From assembly GCA_051859245.1 (NCBI GenBank), contig JBHYGA010000004.1, positions 384,001 through 448,000 on the forward strand: DNA of 64,000 bases, given 5' to 3'. Of the stretch, positions 47,601-56,677 are shown one piece after another. Below the pieces are notes generated by a model. The model searched no databases and had not been told where the DNA came from. It saw only the letters and a list, made by a program, of their open reading frames with translations. The translations under genes were made by a program, and so were the position numbers. The first letter of the stretch is position 1; the number at the start of each line of letters is the position of its first letter. Origin of the DNA: Gemmatimonadaceae bacterium. Its GTDB lineage: Bacteria > Gemmatimonadota > Gemmatimonadetes > Gemmatimonadales > Gemmatimonadaceae.

Positions 47601-50600
47601 GTCTGGTGGTGACCACAGGCAGCGGTTCATCGCTCACCGTTGCGGCGTCGGTCGCAAGCGGTACCGGCACACTTGGCGGTACGGCGAGCGTGAATGCCGT
47701 GAATGGTGTGGCCACGTTCTCGAACTTGTCACTGACCGGTTCTGGTGCGCACACGCTTCGGTTCAGCACCACATCACCAGCGCTTGCTGTTGTGTCGGGT
47801 TCGTTGAGTGTGGGAGTTGGTGCGCCTGCAACGATCGCTGCGGTGTCGGCAGTGTCGCAGAGCGCAACGGTGTTGACTGCGGTGGCCGCGGCACCAAGTG
47901 TGCGGGTAACGGACGCCGTTGGTAATCCCGTAAGTGGCGTTACAGTGACATTCGCGGTGACGGCAGGTGGCGGTGTAATTGCACCGGCGAATGGCGTCGT
48001 GAATACAAATGCGAGTGGCGTTGCCACGCTCACCAGTTGGACACTCGGTGCCACGCCCGGTGCAAACAGTGTGACCGGTTCGGCCACGGGCCTCTCCGGC
48101 AGCCCGGTCGTCTTTAACGCAACAGCAACGGTTGGTGCAGCAACTGATCTCGCGATCACCACACAGCCTTCCGGCGCCACGAGCGGTGTGCCATTCACAA
48201 CGCAACCGGTGGTGGAGATTCGCGACGCGCAGGGCAATCGCGTCGCTGGTGCAACCAATGCCGTGACGGCCGAGATTGCGAATGGCAGCGGTGCGCTGGC
48301 GGGAACGATCACCGTGAATGCCGTCAACGGCATCGCAACGTTCACGAATGCACGAGTGAACGGCGCTGGTCCGCACCGCATTCGTTTTGTGGCGTCGGGA
48401 CTGTCGAGTGCGACGTCAGGAAACTTTGTGGTGTCGCAGCGAGCTGCTGCGCTCAACATTTCTGCTCAGCCGGCGGGCAGTGTGAGCGGCGCCGCGCTCA
48501 CCACGCAGCCGGTTGTGCAGGTGCTTGATGATGCCGGGCTGGTCGTGACGACGGGAAGCGACGCGACCGTGACCGTCGCGACATCGATCGCAACCGGCAC
48601 GGGCACGCTTGGTGGCACGACCTCCGTGAATGCCGCAAGCGGCGTGGCAACGTTCACCAACCTGGCGATCTCCGGCTCGGGCGCGCACACGTTGCAGTTC
48701 AGTGTAGCCGCGCGTTCACTGACTGTGGTTTCACAGTCGATTGTTGTGGGCGCACCGCCGGCCACGACAATCGCTGCGAACTCCAGCGTATCGCAGAGCG
48801 CACCGGTGAACAGCAATGTGGCGGCACCGCCGAGTGTGCGTGTGACCGACGCGAATAGCAATCCGGTGAGTGGCGTGAATGTCACGTTCACGGTCACGGC
48901 CGGCGGTGGCACGACCAATCCCGCGAGTGGCGCAGTGGTTGCCACCAACGCCAGCGGTATCGCATCGCTCACGAGTTGGACACTCGGCGCCTCTCCTGGG
49001 GCGAACACGGTGACAGCAACCGCGGCCGGACTCTCGGGGAGTCCGGTCATTTTCAATTCAACGGGTGTGGCGCTTGGCGCCACGCAGCTCGCAATTGTGA
49101 CGCAGCCCACGGGTGCAGTAAGTGGTGTGAGCTTGGTCACGCAACCCGTCATTGAAGTGCGCGATGCGAACGGTGTGTTGGTGGCGAGTTCAACAGCCCC
49201 CGTGACAGCGACGCTTGCATCTGGTTCAGGTGCGCTCGCTGGAACGGTCACCGTCAACGCCGTAAATGGCGTGGCCACGTTCAGCAACTTGCGCATTAAC
49301 GGCAGCGGTGCGCACACGGTGCAGTTCGCGTCACCTGGTTTGACGTCGACCACGTCGAATGTGGTAAACGTTACGCAGGTTGCCGCGTCGCTCTCGGTGC
49401 AAACACAACCTGGCGGCGCCGTGAGCGGCAGTGTGTTCACGCAGCAGCCCGTGGTTCGGATTCTCGATAACGCCGGGCTGGTTGTGACCAGTGGAAGTGG
49501 CGCTTCCCTGAACGTGACCGCCACACGTGTTGCGGGAACGGCCACGTTGAGCGGTGTAACAACTGTGCAAGCCGTGAATGGTGTTGCCACATTCAGCAAT
49601 CTTGCATTTGGTGGCACTGGTGTGGGCGCGCATTCGCTGGACTTCGCCACGGGTACGCCAGCACTCAATGTTGTTTCGGCGAACTTCAATGTGAGCGCTG
49701 GACCCGCCGCGAATATTGGCGCGAACTCGAGTGTTGCGCAGAGCGCGCCAGCGGGTAGCAACGTCGCTGCGGCGCCCAGTGTGCGTGTATCGGATAGCAA
49801 CAACAATCCCGTGGCGGGCGTGAACGTGACGTTCGCCGTGACTGCGGGTGGCGGAACTACGAATCCAGCCAGTGGCGACGTTGTTGCTACAAATGCGAGT
49901 GGAGTGGCGGCGCTCACCAGCTGGACGTTGGGAGCGGCGCCGGGCGCGAACACTGTGACAGCAACGGTCGCAGGACTGATTGGCAGTCCGGTGGCGTTCA
50001 ACGCGACCGGAACAGCTGCCGCCGCGACGCAACTAGGTGTAACGACACAGCCGAGTGGAGCGGTGAGCGGTGTGAATCTCACCACGCAGCCGGTGGTCGA
50101 GGTGCGCGATGCGAACGGTGATCGTGTCACCACATCAACCGCGGCAATTACTGCGACGATTTCCTCCGGCAATGGTGTGTTGATTGGCACGGCAACGGTG
50201 AATGCAGTGGCTGGTGTTGCGACGTTTACGAATCTGCGCGTGAACGGCAGCGGGGATCAACAGTTGCAGTTTGCGTCGGCCGGACTCACAGCCGTCACAT
50301 CCAACACATTCGCTGTTGCTCAGGTGCCAGCATCACTTTCGGTGTTCACGCAGCCAAGCGGTGCGGTGAGTGGCGCCGCGTTTACTACGCAGCCGGTGGT
50401 GCGAATACTTGATAACGCTGGTCTGGTCGTAGTGAGCGGGAGCGGCGCCACACTGAACGTTTCTGCGGCTCGCATGGCGGGAACAGCAACACTCGGCGGA
50501 GTGACCACGATTGTGGCCGTAAATGGCGTCGCCACGTTTACGGATCTTTCGTTTGGCGGCGCCGGCATTGGCACCCATTCACTCGACTTCACCACGGTCG

Positions 50601-53600
50601 CGCCCGCGCTGAGTGTGACGTCGGCGAACTTCAATGTGAGTGCTGGACCGGCTTCTTCGATCGCTGCGGTTTCCAGCACCGCACAGAGTGCACCTGCGGG
50701 ATCGACGGTGAGCGCACCGCCGAGTGTGCGTGTGGCGGATAGCAACAACAATCCGGTGAGCGGTGTGGCCGTCACGTTTGCTGTGGCGAGTGGCGGCGGA
50801 TCGATTGTGCCGGGCGATGGTGCAGTCAGTACGAACGCGAGTGGAATTGCCACGCTCACGTCGTGGACCCTTGGGGCGGCACCGGGTGCGAACTCAGTAA
50901 CAGCGACGGCCGCGGGACTTGTTGGAAGTCCGGTGGCGTTTAACGCGACGGGAACAGCTGCCGCCGCAACGCAGCTGGGCATCACAACGCAGCCTGGCGG
51001 TGCGGTGAGTGGCGTGAATCTGACAACGCAGCCGGTGGTTGAGGTGCGTGATGCCAACGGTGATCGTGTGACCACGTCAACGGCGGCGGTGACTGCCGTG
51101 ATTACCTCTGGTACCGGCGCGCTTGTCGGCACGGCTACCGTAAACGCCGTCGCTGGTGTGGCGACCTTTACAACATTGCGTGTGAACGGCAGTGGTGATC
51201 ATCAGCTGCAGTTCACTGCGGCTGGGCTTACGGCGGCGAGCTCGAATACGTTCGCTGTGACTCAGGTGCCGGCATCGCTTTCGGTATTGACACAGCCGAG
51301 CGGTGCGGTGAGCGGTACGGCGTTCACTACGCAGCCGGTAGTGCGGATTCTTGACAACGCGGGCCTGGTTGTCGTGAGTGGAAGTGGAGCCACGCTCAAT
51401 GTGTCAGCGGCGCGCATGGCGGGCACGGCCACGCTGAGCGGTGTGCTCACCATTGCGGCGGCAAATGGTGTCGCCACGTTTACGAATCTGGCGTTCACCG
51501 GCACTGGTGTTGGCGCGCACTCCATAGACTTTACGACCAGTGCGCCAGCGCTGACTGTGACGTCGGCGAACTTTACCGTGAGCGCAGGTGCGGCCGCGAC
51601 GATTGCGTCTGCATCAAGTGTTGCACAAAACGCACCCGCCGGATCACCGGTTGCGGCGCCGCCGAGTGTGCGCGTGGCGGATAGCAACAACAATCCGGTG
51701 AGTGGTGTGGCCGTGACGTTTGCGGTGGCAAGTGGTGGCGGATCCATTGTGCCGGGCGATGGTGCGGTCAGTACAAATGCGAGTGGCATTGCGACGCTCA
51801 CGTCGTGGACGCTTGGTGCGGCGCCGGGGGCAAACTCGGTGACAGCGACCGCGGCGGGGTTGGTGGGCAGTCCGGTCACGTTCAATGCGACCGGAACGGC
51901 TGGGGCAGCGACGCAGCTTGGTATCACGACGCAGCCTGGCGGCTCAGTGAGTGGCGTGAATCTCACGACGCAGCCAGTGGTGGAAGTACGTGATGCGAAT
52001 GGTGATCGTGTGGCGACGTCAACGGCGGCGGTGACGGCGACGATTACGTCGGGAACTGGTGCGCTGGTTGGCACGCAGACTGTGAACGCTGTAGCCGGTG
52101 TCGCGACGTTCACCAATCTGCGAGTGAACGGCGGCGGTGATCATCAGTTGCAGTTCACCGCGGCCGGACTCACCGCAGCCACGTCCAATACCTTTGCGGT
52201 GACACAGGTGCCGGCTTCGTTGTCCGTGCAAACGCAGCCGAATGGCGCGGTGAATGGCGTGGCGTTCACCACGCAGCCGGTTGTGCGCATTCTGGACAAC
52301 GCAGGTCTTGTGGTGACGACTGGTTCGGGCGCAACACTTGATGTTGTGGCCGCACGCGCAACTGGCACGGCCAACCTCAGCGGGACGGTGACCAAAGCCG
52401 CGGTGGCGGGTGTCGCGACATTCGACAACCTTGTGCTTACGGGGACGGCTGGCGCGCACACGCTGTCATTCACCACCGCTGCACCAGCGCTGAATGTTTC
52501 CTCGGCGAGCTTCACGCTGGCTGCAGGGAGTGCGGCGAGCATCGCGGCAACGTCGAGCACTTCGCAGTCAGCAACTGCCGGAACTAATGTATCGGCCGCG
52601 CCCACCGTGCGAGTGGCGGATGCGAACAACAATCCGGTGGCCGGCGTGAATGTCACGTTTGCAGTGGCGAGTGGTGGCGGATCGATTGTGCCGGGTGACG
52701 GTGCGGCGAGCACGAATGCGAGTGGCATTGCTACGCTGACGTCGTGGACGCTTGGTGCGACGCCAGGGGCAAACTCGGTGACAGCGACGGCGGCGGGGTT
52801 AGCGGGCAGTCCCATCACGTTCAACGCCACGGGTGACCCACTGCCCGCAACACAGCTCGCTGTACTCACGCAGCCAGCCGGTGCCGTGAGTGGTGTTGCG
52901 TTCACCACACAACCGGTGATCGAAGTGCGTGATGCGAATGGCAATCGGGTCACATCATCCACGGTAGCGGTGACCGCCACGCGCACGGATGGTAATGGCG
53001 TCATCGCTGGTACCACCACCGTGAACGCCGTCGCCGGCGTGGCAACGTTTACCAACCTGCAGCTCAATGGAAGCGGCTCCAACACATTGCAGTTCACATC
53101 CGGTGCGTTGACGGCGGCGAACTCCAACGCGTTTACTGTCACGCAAGTCGCCGCGTCACTTGCAATACAGTCGCAGCCAACAACAGCGGTGAGCGGAAGC
53201 GCGTTGTCGCCTCAGCCTGTGATTCACATTCTTGATAACGCGGGATTGCTGGTGGTAACTGGCTCGGGTGCAACACTGACCGTGGAGGCCACACGTGTCG
53301 CGGGCACGGCGAACCTGGGCGGCACGCTGACTGCAGTCGCGGCTGGAGGCATCGCGTCGTTCAGCAACGTGTCAATTACCGGTGTTGGCACAGGCACGCA
53401 CACAATTCAGTTCAGTACGTCGGCACCGGCGCTTGCCGTGACGTCAGGCAACATTGCAGTCAGTGCGGGCGTGGCAACAACAATCGCCGCCGTCTCTGCC
53501 GCGCCGCAAAATGCACCGGTTGGCACGAACGTAGCGGTTGCACCCAGCGTGCGCGTGACCGACGCCAACGGCAATCCGGTGGCCGGCGTGAACGTCACGT

Positions 53601-53872
53601 TCACCCTCACTGGCGGTAGTGGCAGCATAAATCCTCAGAGCGCAGCCGTGATCGCGACCAACGTCAGTGGCATTGCGGCGCTCACGAGCTGGACAGTCGG
53701 CGCGGCACCTGGCGCAAACACCGTGGAAGCGACCGCCGCTGGTCTCGCCGGTTCGCCCGTGGTGTTCACCGCGAACGGCACGGCGCTTGAACCGCTGGCC
53801 GTTGTGCGCGCACTGAGTAACGCGCCGAGCAACGCACTCCCGCGTACCATGCAGCGCACGGTGGAGCGATGA
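44651..53872 (+). CDS. giant (3073 aa) Ig-like repeat surface lipoprotein / adhesin
   Basis: Lipobox-like SSAC, ~7 Big_2 domains ('VTWSSSD..V.TV..G'), then ~7.7 copies of a ~313-aa three-domain unit. A/V/T/S/G-rich. Confidence 0.88.
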   Translation: MSRRSRSQGALLWMRAVLTAMMVLSSSACVRMGDISGPTPVGGIVETITLSSTDVTLGVGSTVTLQAVARDRDGETISDRVVTWSSSDSTIVRVTSAGVLTGVSNGTAQVAVSIAGQSALAQVRVIPRPVSTIELGPLAPRILVGGFVQLVALPRDETGAPLPERTVFWSSSDVAVATVDAAGFVSGLSPGATTITARSESREAAVGVTVSAVPVRSVLVSPRVDTIVVGQSTQLTAIARDSNTVPLVDRVFAWRSENLGRATVSATGLVLGVSPGTVTIVAQTDDVVGTATVVVQPRPIGAVIVSPAQASLSVGTTVSVTVQITDANGNLLTGRPISFSSENTSIATVTNAGVVRAVAVGTTNIRATSEGQTGVMSVTVTPTPVASVRIAPLNSSLTVGDSVRLTASALDDAGSVLSQRPATWTSGAPSVLSVSSTGLVRALSAGTGLVFAVIDGRVASATIVVAAVPVGEVVVTPATANVVVNTTLDLTAVARDASGVLINKPVVWSSADPLIALVSSTGRVRGVAVGTARIEATVDGQTGTSTITVVPVPVASVALTLTDSSLNVGQTAQGAVVLRDAAGNILTGRPITWTSSAPLVATVNASGLVTAVNGGAANITATSGTVSASVNVVVSAVVGSLSVQTQPAGAVSGSVFTTQPVVRILDANGNLVATGPSSVLPVTVTRASGSASLGGTTTVTAVNGVATFTNLAFTGAGIGAHTLRFSTVSPALEVTSASFNVAPGAATTLTAVSSLSQSAAAGALVSAPPSVRVSDASGNPVSGVSVTFAVISGGGTITPASTATVVTNASGVAALTQWRLGTIAGANSVRATAAGLTGSPITFSATGTVGTPTQLAVLTQPAGAISGRALTTQPVVEIRDAAGNRVTGASDAVTVSVATGSGDVAGTVTVNAVNGVATFTNVRIDGAGAHTLRFAAAGLTSATSASITVTQVPVALSIFTQPAGAVSSATFTTQPVVRILDDAGLVVTTGSGSSLTVAASVASGTGTLGGTASVNAVNGVATFSNLSLTGSGAHTLRFSTTSPALAVVSGSLSVGVGAPATIAAVSAVSQSATVLTAVAAAPSVRVTDAVGNPVSGVTVTFAVTAGGGVIAPANGVVNTNASGVATLTSWTLGATPGANSVTGSATGLSGSPVVFNATATVGAATDLAITTQPSGATSGVPFTTQPVVEIRDAQGNRVAGATNAVTAEIANGSGALAGTITVNAVNGIATFTNARVNGAGPHRIRFVASGLSSATSGNFVVSQRAAALNISAQPAGSVSGAALTTQPVVQVLDDAGLVVTTGSDATVTVATSIATGTGTLGGTTSVNAASGVATFTNLAISGSGAHTLQFSVAARSLTVVSQSIVVGAPPATTIAANSSVSQSAPVNSNVAAPPSVRVTDANSNPVSGVNVTFTVTAGGGTTNPASGAVVATNASGIASLTSWTLGASPGANTVTATAAGLSGSPVIFNSTGVALGATQLAIVTQPTGAVSGVSLVTQPVIEVRDANGVLVASSTAPVTATLASGSGALAGTVTVNAVNGVATFSNLRINGSGAHTVQFASPGLTSTTSNVVNVTQVAASLSVQTQPGGAVSGSVFTQQPVVRILDNAGLVVTSGSGASLNVTATRVAGTATLSGVTTVQAVNGVATFSNLAFGGTGVGAHSLDFATGTPALNVVSANFNVSAGPAANIGANSSVAQSAPAGSNVAAAPSVRVSDSNNNPVAGVNVTFAVTAGGGTTNPASGDVVATNASGVAALTSWTLGAAPGANTVTATVAGLIGSPVAFNATGTAAAATQLGVTTQPSGAVSGVNLTTQPVVEVRDANGDRVTTSTAAITATISSGNGVLIGTATVNAVAGVATFTNLRVNGSGDQQLQFASAGLTAVTSNTFAVAQVPASLSVFTQPSGAVSGAAFTTQPVVRILDNAGLVVVSGSGATLNVSAARMAGTATLGGVTTIVAVNGVATFTDLSFGGAGIGTHSLDFTTVAPALSVTSANFNVSAGPASSIAAVSSTAQSAPAGSTVSAPPSVRVADSNNNPVSGVAVTFAVASGGGSIVPGDGAVSTNASGIATLTSWTLGAAPGANSVTATAAGLVGSPVAFNATGTAAAATQLGITTQPGGAVSGVNLTTQPVVEVRDANGDRVTTSTAAVTAVITSGTGALVGTATVNAVAGVATFTTLRVNGSGDHQLQFTAAGLTAASSNTFAVTQVPASLSVLTQPSGAVSGTAFTTQPVVRILDNAGLVVVSGSGATLNVSAARMAGTATLSGVLTIAAANGVATFTNLAFTGTGVGAHSIDFTTSAPALTVTSANFTVSAGAAATIASASSVAQNAPAGSPVAAPPSVRVADSNNNPVSGVAVTFAVASGGGSIVPGDGAVSTNASGIATLTSWTLGAAPGANSVTATAAGLVGSPVTFNATGTAGAATQLGITTQPGGSVSGVNLTTQPVVEVRDANGDRVATSTAAVTATITSGTGALVGTQTVNAVAGVATFTNLRVNGGGDHQLQFTAAGLTAATSNTFAVTQVPASLSVQTQPNGAVNGVAFTTQPVVRILDNAGLVVTTGSGATLDVVAARATGTANLSGTVTKAAVAGVATFDNLVLTGTAGAHTLSFTTAAPALNVSSASFTLAAGSAASIAATSSTSQSATAGTNVSAAPTVRVADANNNPVAGVNVTFAVASGGGSIVPGDGAASTNASGIATLTSWTLGATPGANSVTATAAGLAGSPITFNATGDPLPATQLAVLTQPAGAVSGVAFTTQPVIEVRDANGNRVTSSTVAVTATRTDGNGVIAGTTTVNAVAGVATFTNLQLNGSGSNTLQFTSGALTAANSNAFTVTQVAASLAIQSQPTTAVSGSALSPQPVIHILDNAGLLVVTGSGATLTVEATRVAGTANLGGTLTAVAAGGIASFSNVSITGVGTGTHTIQFSTSAPALAVTSGNIAVSAGVATTIAAVSAAPQNAPVGTNVAVAPSVRVTDANGNPVAGVNVTFTLTGGSGSINPQSAAVIATNVSGIAALTSWTVGAAPGANTVEATAAGLAGSPVVFTANGTALEPLAVVRALSNAPSNALPRTMQRTVER
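46568..53790 (+). repeat. tandem ~940-nt repeat unit (domains A-B-C x7 plus A-B)
   Basis: Domain A starts ('SLSVQTQP' type) at about 46568, 47513, 48449, 49388, 50333, 51275, 52217 and 53156. Confidence 0.9.
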
Positions 53873-55533
53873 GTATGGATCAAACTGCAACACGCCCCCT
53901 CGTGGAACGCACGTTCACCCAATGCGGTCGCGCGCTTCGCTCCGTGTGCAGCGCCATGTTCGCCTTCACACTCGCCGCGTGCTCCGCCAGTGTGACGGAC
54001 ACGCCACAAGTCGCGCAGGTGCAGCTCACACCGCCCTCCGCCAGCGTTGAAGCCGGACGTACCCTGGTCTTGGTCGCACGTCCAACAGATGCCAGCGGCG
54101 CGGCGATCACCGCACGACAGATCACCTGGTCGAGCAACAACACGCAAGTTGCCACCGTGTCTGCGGCTGGTGTGGTGTCGGCGCGCGCCACTGGTCAGGC
54201 GCGCATCGCCGCGAGTGTTGACGGACAGAGTGCGGTGACCACGATTACGGTCACGGCGCGCGAAGTGGCAAGTGTGCAAGTCGCGCCGGTATCCGTCTCT
54301 GTGCGCGTGAATCGTACCGCACAGGTGAGTGCCAGCGCGCTCGATGCAGACGGTGTGGCGCTTCCTGGCAAAACGTTCGTGTGGAGCAGCAGCAATACGG
54401 CCGTCGCAACGATCACGCAGGCCGGCGTGATCACGGCTGTTGCGCCTGGTGCGGCAACAATCACGGCCACATCCGATGGTCGCAGCGGTCAGGCCGCCGT
54501 AACCGTGACACCGGAACCTGTCGCGTCGGTGACGATTGCGCCCACGCGCGATACGCTCGCTGTTGGCACGGATCGCACGTTCGTTGCGACCGTGCGCGAT
54601 GAAAGTGGCGCGGCGCTCACGGGTCGCACCGTGGTGTGGAATGTGAGTGATCCCGCAATCGCGACGGTGTCATCAACCGGTGTTGTTACGGCACGTGCTC
54701 CAGGCACAGTGACCGTCGTTGCCGTGAGTGAAAACCGTGTGGGCCAGGCCACGCTGGTGGTGCTGCAACGTCTCGCCAACGCGGTCATCCTCACGCCGTC
54801 GTCTGCCACGCTCGAAACAGGCGCCACACTGCAGCTTGTCACGCAAGTGACCGATCCCTCGGGCAATCTGATTCCAGGTCGCGTGGTGACGTACACGAGC
54901 AACAACACTGCGGCCGCAACAGTGAGCAACGCCGGGTTGGTGACCGCGCGTGCTCCGGGTGTGGCACGCATTACCGCAACCAGCGATGGTCGATCGAGCG
55001 TTGCAACAATCACGGTGATTGCGGTGCCGGTGAGTACCGTGCAGGTGTCACCACTCACCAACGACGTGCTGACCGGGTCAACTGTTCCGCTTACCGTGCA
55101 GGTACGTTCTGCCACGGGCACACTGCTCACGGGGCGTACCGTCACGTGGACGAGTGGTGCACCGAGCGTGGCCACGGTATCGGCAAGCGGTGTCGTATCG
55201 GCTGTCTCACCGGGTGTGGTTGTGATCGCCGCGACGGTTGATGGCATTAGCGGATTTGCCACCGTGACCGTGCGTGCACCAACGGTCGCCGCTGTTGTGA
55301 TCACGCCGAATGCGCCGTCACTCGCGGTCGACGCGCGTGTGTTGCTTTCGGCATCCGTGCGCGACAGTAACGGCAACGTGCTCACCGGACGCGCCGTCAC
55401 GTGGCGCAGCAGCAATGAACAAGTCGCCTTTGTGTCGAGTACCGGCACAGTGATCGCCATCAGCGCCGGAACGGCAACCATTACGGCGACCTCGGAGGGA
55501 GTCAGTGCTTCGATTCTTGTCACAGTTCGCTAA
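53869..55533 (+). CDS. Big_2 (Ig-like group 2) repeat lipoprotein, ~6 domains
   Basis: Lipobox LAAC; repeated 'V.WSSSNT.VATV...G.V.A..PG.ATITAT..G'. ATGA overlap with the giant gene. Confidence 0.88.
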   Translation: MSMDQTATRPLVERTFTQCGRALRSVCSAMFAFTLAACSASVTDTPQVAQVQLTPPSASVEAGRTLVLVARPTDASGAAITARQITWSSNNTQVATVSAAGVVSARATGQARIAASVDGQSAVTTITVTAREVASVQVAPVSVSVRVNRTAQVSASALDADGVALPGKTFVWSSSNTAVATITQAGVITAVAPGAATITATSDGRSGQAAVTVTPEPVASVTIAPTRDTLAVGTDRTFVATVRDESGAALTGRTVVWNVSDPAIATVSSTGVVTARAPGTVTVVAVSENRVGQATLVVLQRLANAVILTPSSATLETGATLQLVTQVTDPSGNLIPGRVVTYTSNNTAAATVSNAGLVTARAPGVARITATSDGRSSVATITVIAVPVSTVQVSPLTNDVLTGSTVPLTVQVRSATGTLLTGRTVTWTSGAPSVATVSASGVVSAVSPGVVVIAATVDGISGFATVTVRAPTVAAVVITPNAPSLAVDARVLLSASVRDSNGNVLTGRAVTWRSSNEQVAFVSSTGTVIAISAGTATITATSEGVSASILVTVR

Positions 55534-56626
55534 GCGCAGTGCGCTCGGCGCTTTGCTCGCGATGTCCGTCAGCGTGCCGCTGCATTCAGCGCACGCGCAG
55601 TTGCTGCGCCCGAAACGCACACTCACGGCCGGTGCGGCACCGGGGTGCGAACTTGCGCCTGCTGCCGTTGATAACAACGCGCCGCGCAACAACGCCGAAG
55701 CGCGGCGATTGGCGGCCGCCGCACAGGAAGCCGCGTTGCAGGGTGATCAGGTCGCTGCTCGCGCCGCGTATGTGCGCGCCGCGCAGCTCAATCCGGCTGA
55801 TGAACGTCTCACGTACGACCTCGCACGCGCGCACGAAGAACTGTCGGACACACTGCCAGCAATCGGTGCGTACTGTCGTTACCTCGCGCTTGCACCCAAT
55901 GGCACCGAAGCGAGTGATGTGCGCAATCGTCTGCGCACCCTGGTGCCGAACGACGCGCGTCAGCGTGCCGAAGACGCGGGCATCGCGTTCCGGCTCGGAC
56001 TTGGTTACATGGACTCGCAGAACTACAACGCGGCCGTGCGCGCGTTTGACGAAGTGGTGCGACTCTCTCCCGCGGCACCGGAAGGACATTTCAATCGTGG
56101 ACTCGCACGCTCTGCGGTTGGCGCGAGAGCGGGCGCGTTGTCCGATCTCGAGACGTATCGCGCGGGTGCGAGCACGGTAGAAGAGCGCGTGGAAACGGCG
56201 CGCGCGATTGATGTGCTGCGTCGTCCGGTGTATTCACCAACCACGGCGCTACTGCGCAGTGCGTTGCCAGGATTTGGACAGTTCTATACGGCGCGGCCGG
56301 TGCGCGGTGTAGTGGTGCTCGCGGCCGTGGCCGGTGCACTTGGCGCCGCGCTCACGCAGCAAACCACGGAAACCGTGATCAATTACGTTGACCCGAACGG
56401 ATTTCCGGCGCCGTACACGGAAACCACCACCGAGCGAAAGTTTTTCGTGCCTGGTGTGGCGGCGGCAGCTGGCGTGACGGTGATCGCCGCGATCGAAGCG
56501 GTATGGTACGCGAATCGCTCGCAGCGGGGCACGTCAATTCTTGATCGATCGGGTGGTGTGTCGGTTACGCCCACGATCTCGCGTGATGGCCGCTTTGGCC
56601 TCGCGCTTCGCGCGCCGCTATTCTAG
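55505..56626 (+). CDS. secreted TPR protein with C-terminal DUF5683-like membrane segment
   Basis: Signal peptide ending AHA|Q, TPRs ('YCRYLALAPNG', 'HFNRGLA'), 'SALPGFGQFY', C-terminal ...FGLALRAPLF. Confidence 0.75.
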   Translation: MLRFLSQFAKRSALGALLAMSVSVPLHSAHAQLLRPKRTLTAGAAPGCELAPAAVDNNAPRNNAEARRLAAAAQEAALQGDQVAARAAYVRAAQLNPADERLTYDLARAHEELSDTLPAIGAYCRYLALAPNGTEASDVRNRLRTLVPNDARQRAEDAGIAFRLGLGYMDSQNYNAAVRAFDEVVRLSPAAPEGHFNRGLARSAVGARAGALSDLETYRAGASTVEERVETARAIDVLRRPVYSPTTALLRSALPGFGQFYTARPVRGVVVLAAVAGALGAALTQQTTETVINYVDPNGFPAPYTETTTERKFFVPGVAAAAGVTVIAAIEAVWYANRSQRGTSILDRSGGVSVTPTISRDGRFGLALRAPLF

Positions 56627-56677
56627 TTCGACCGTTCCACATCGATCGCCGTTTCTCCTCTCCCTCCCCGCACCCGC

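Noticed and set aside
44209..55523. Long antisense ORFs (e.g. 44209-46242, 46918-48459, 48466-50190, 52144-53142, 54489-55523)
   Set aside because: Shadow frames of Val/Thr/Ala-rich genes on the plus strand. They carry no independent motifs or RBS.
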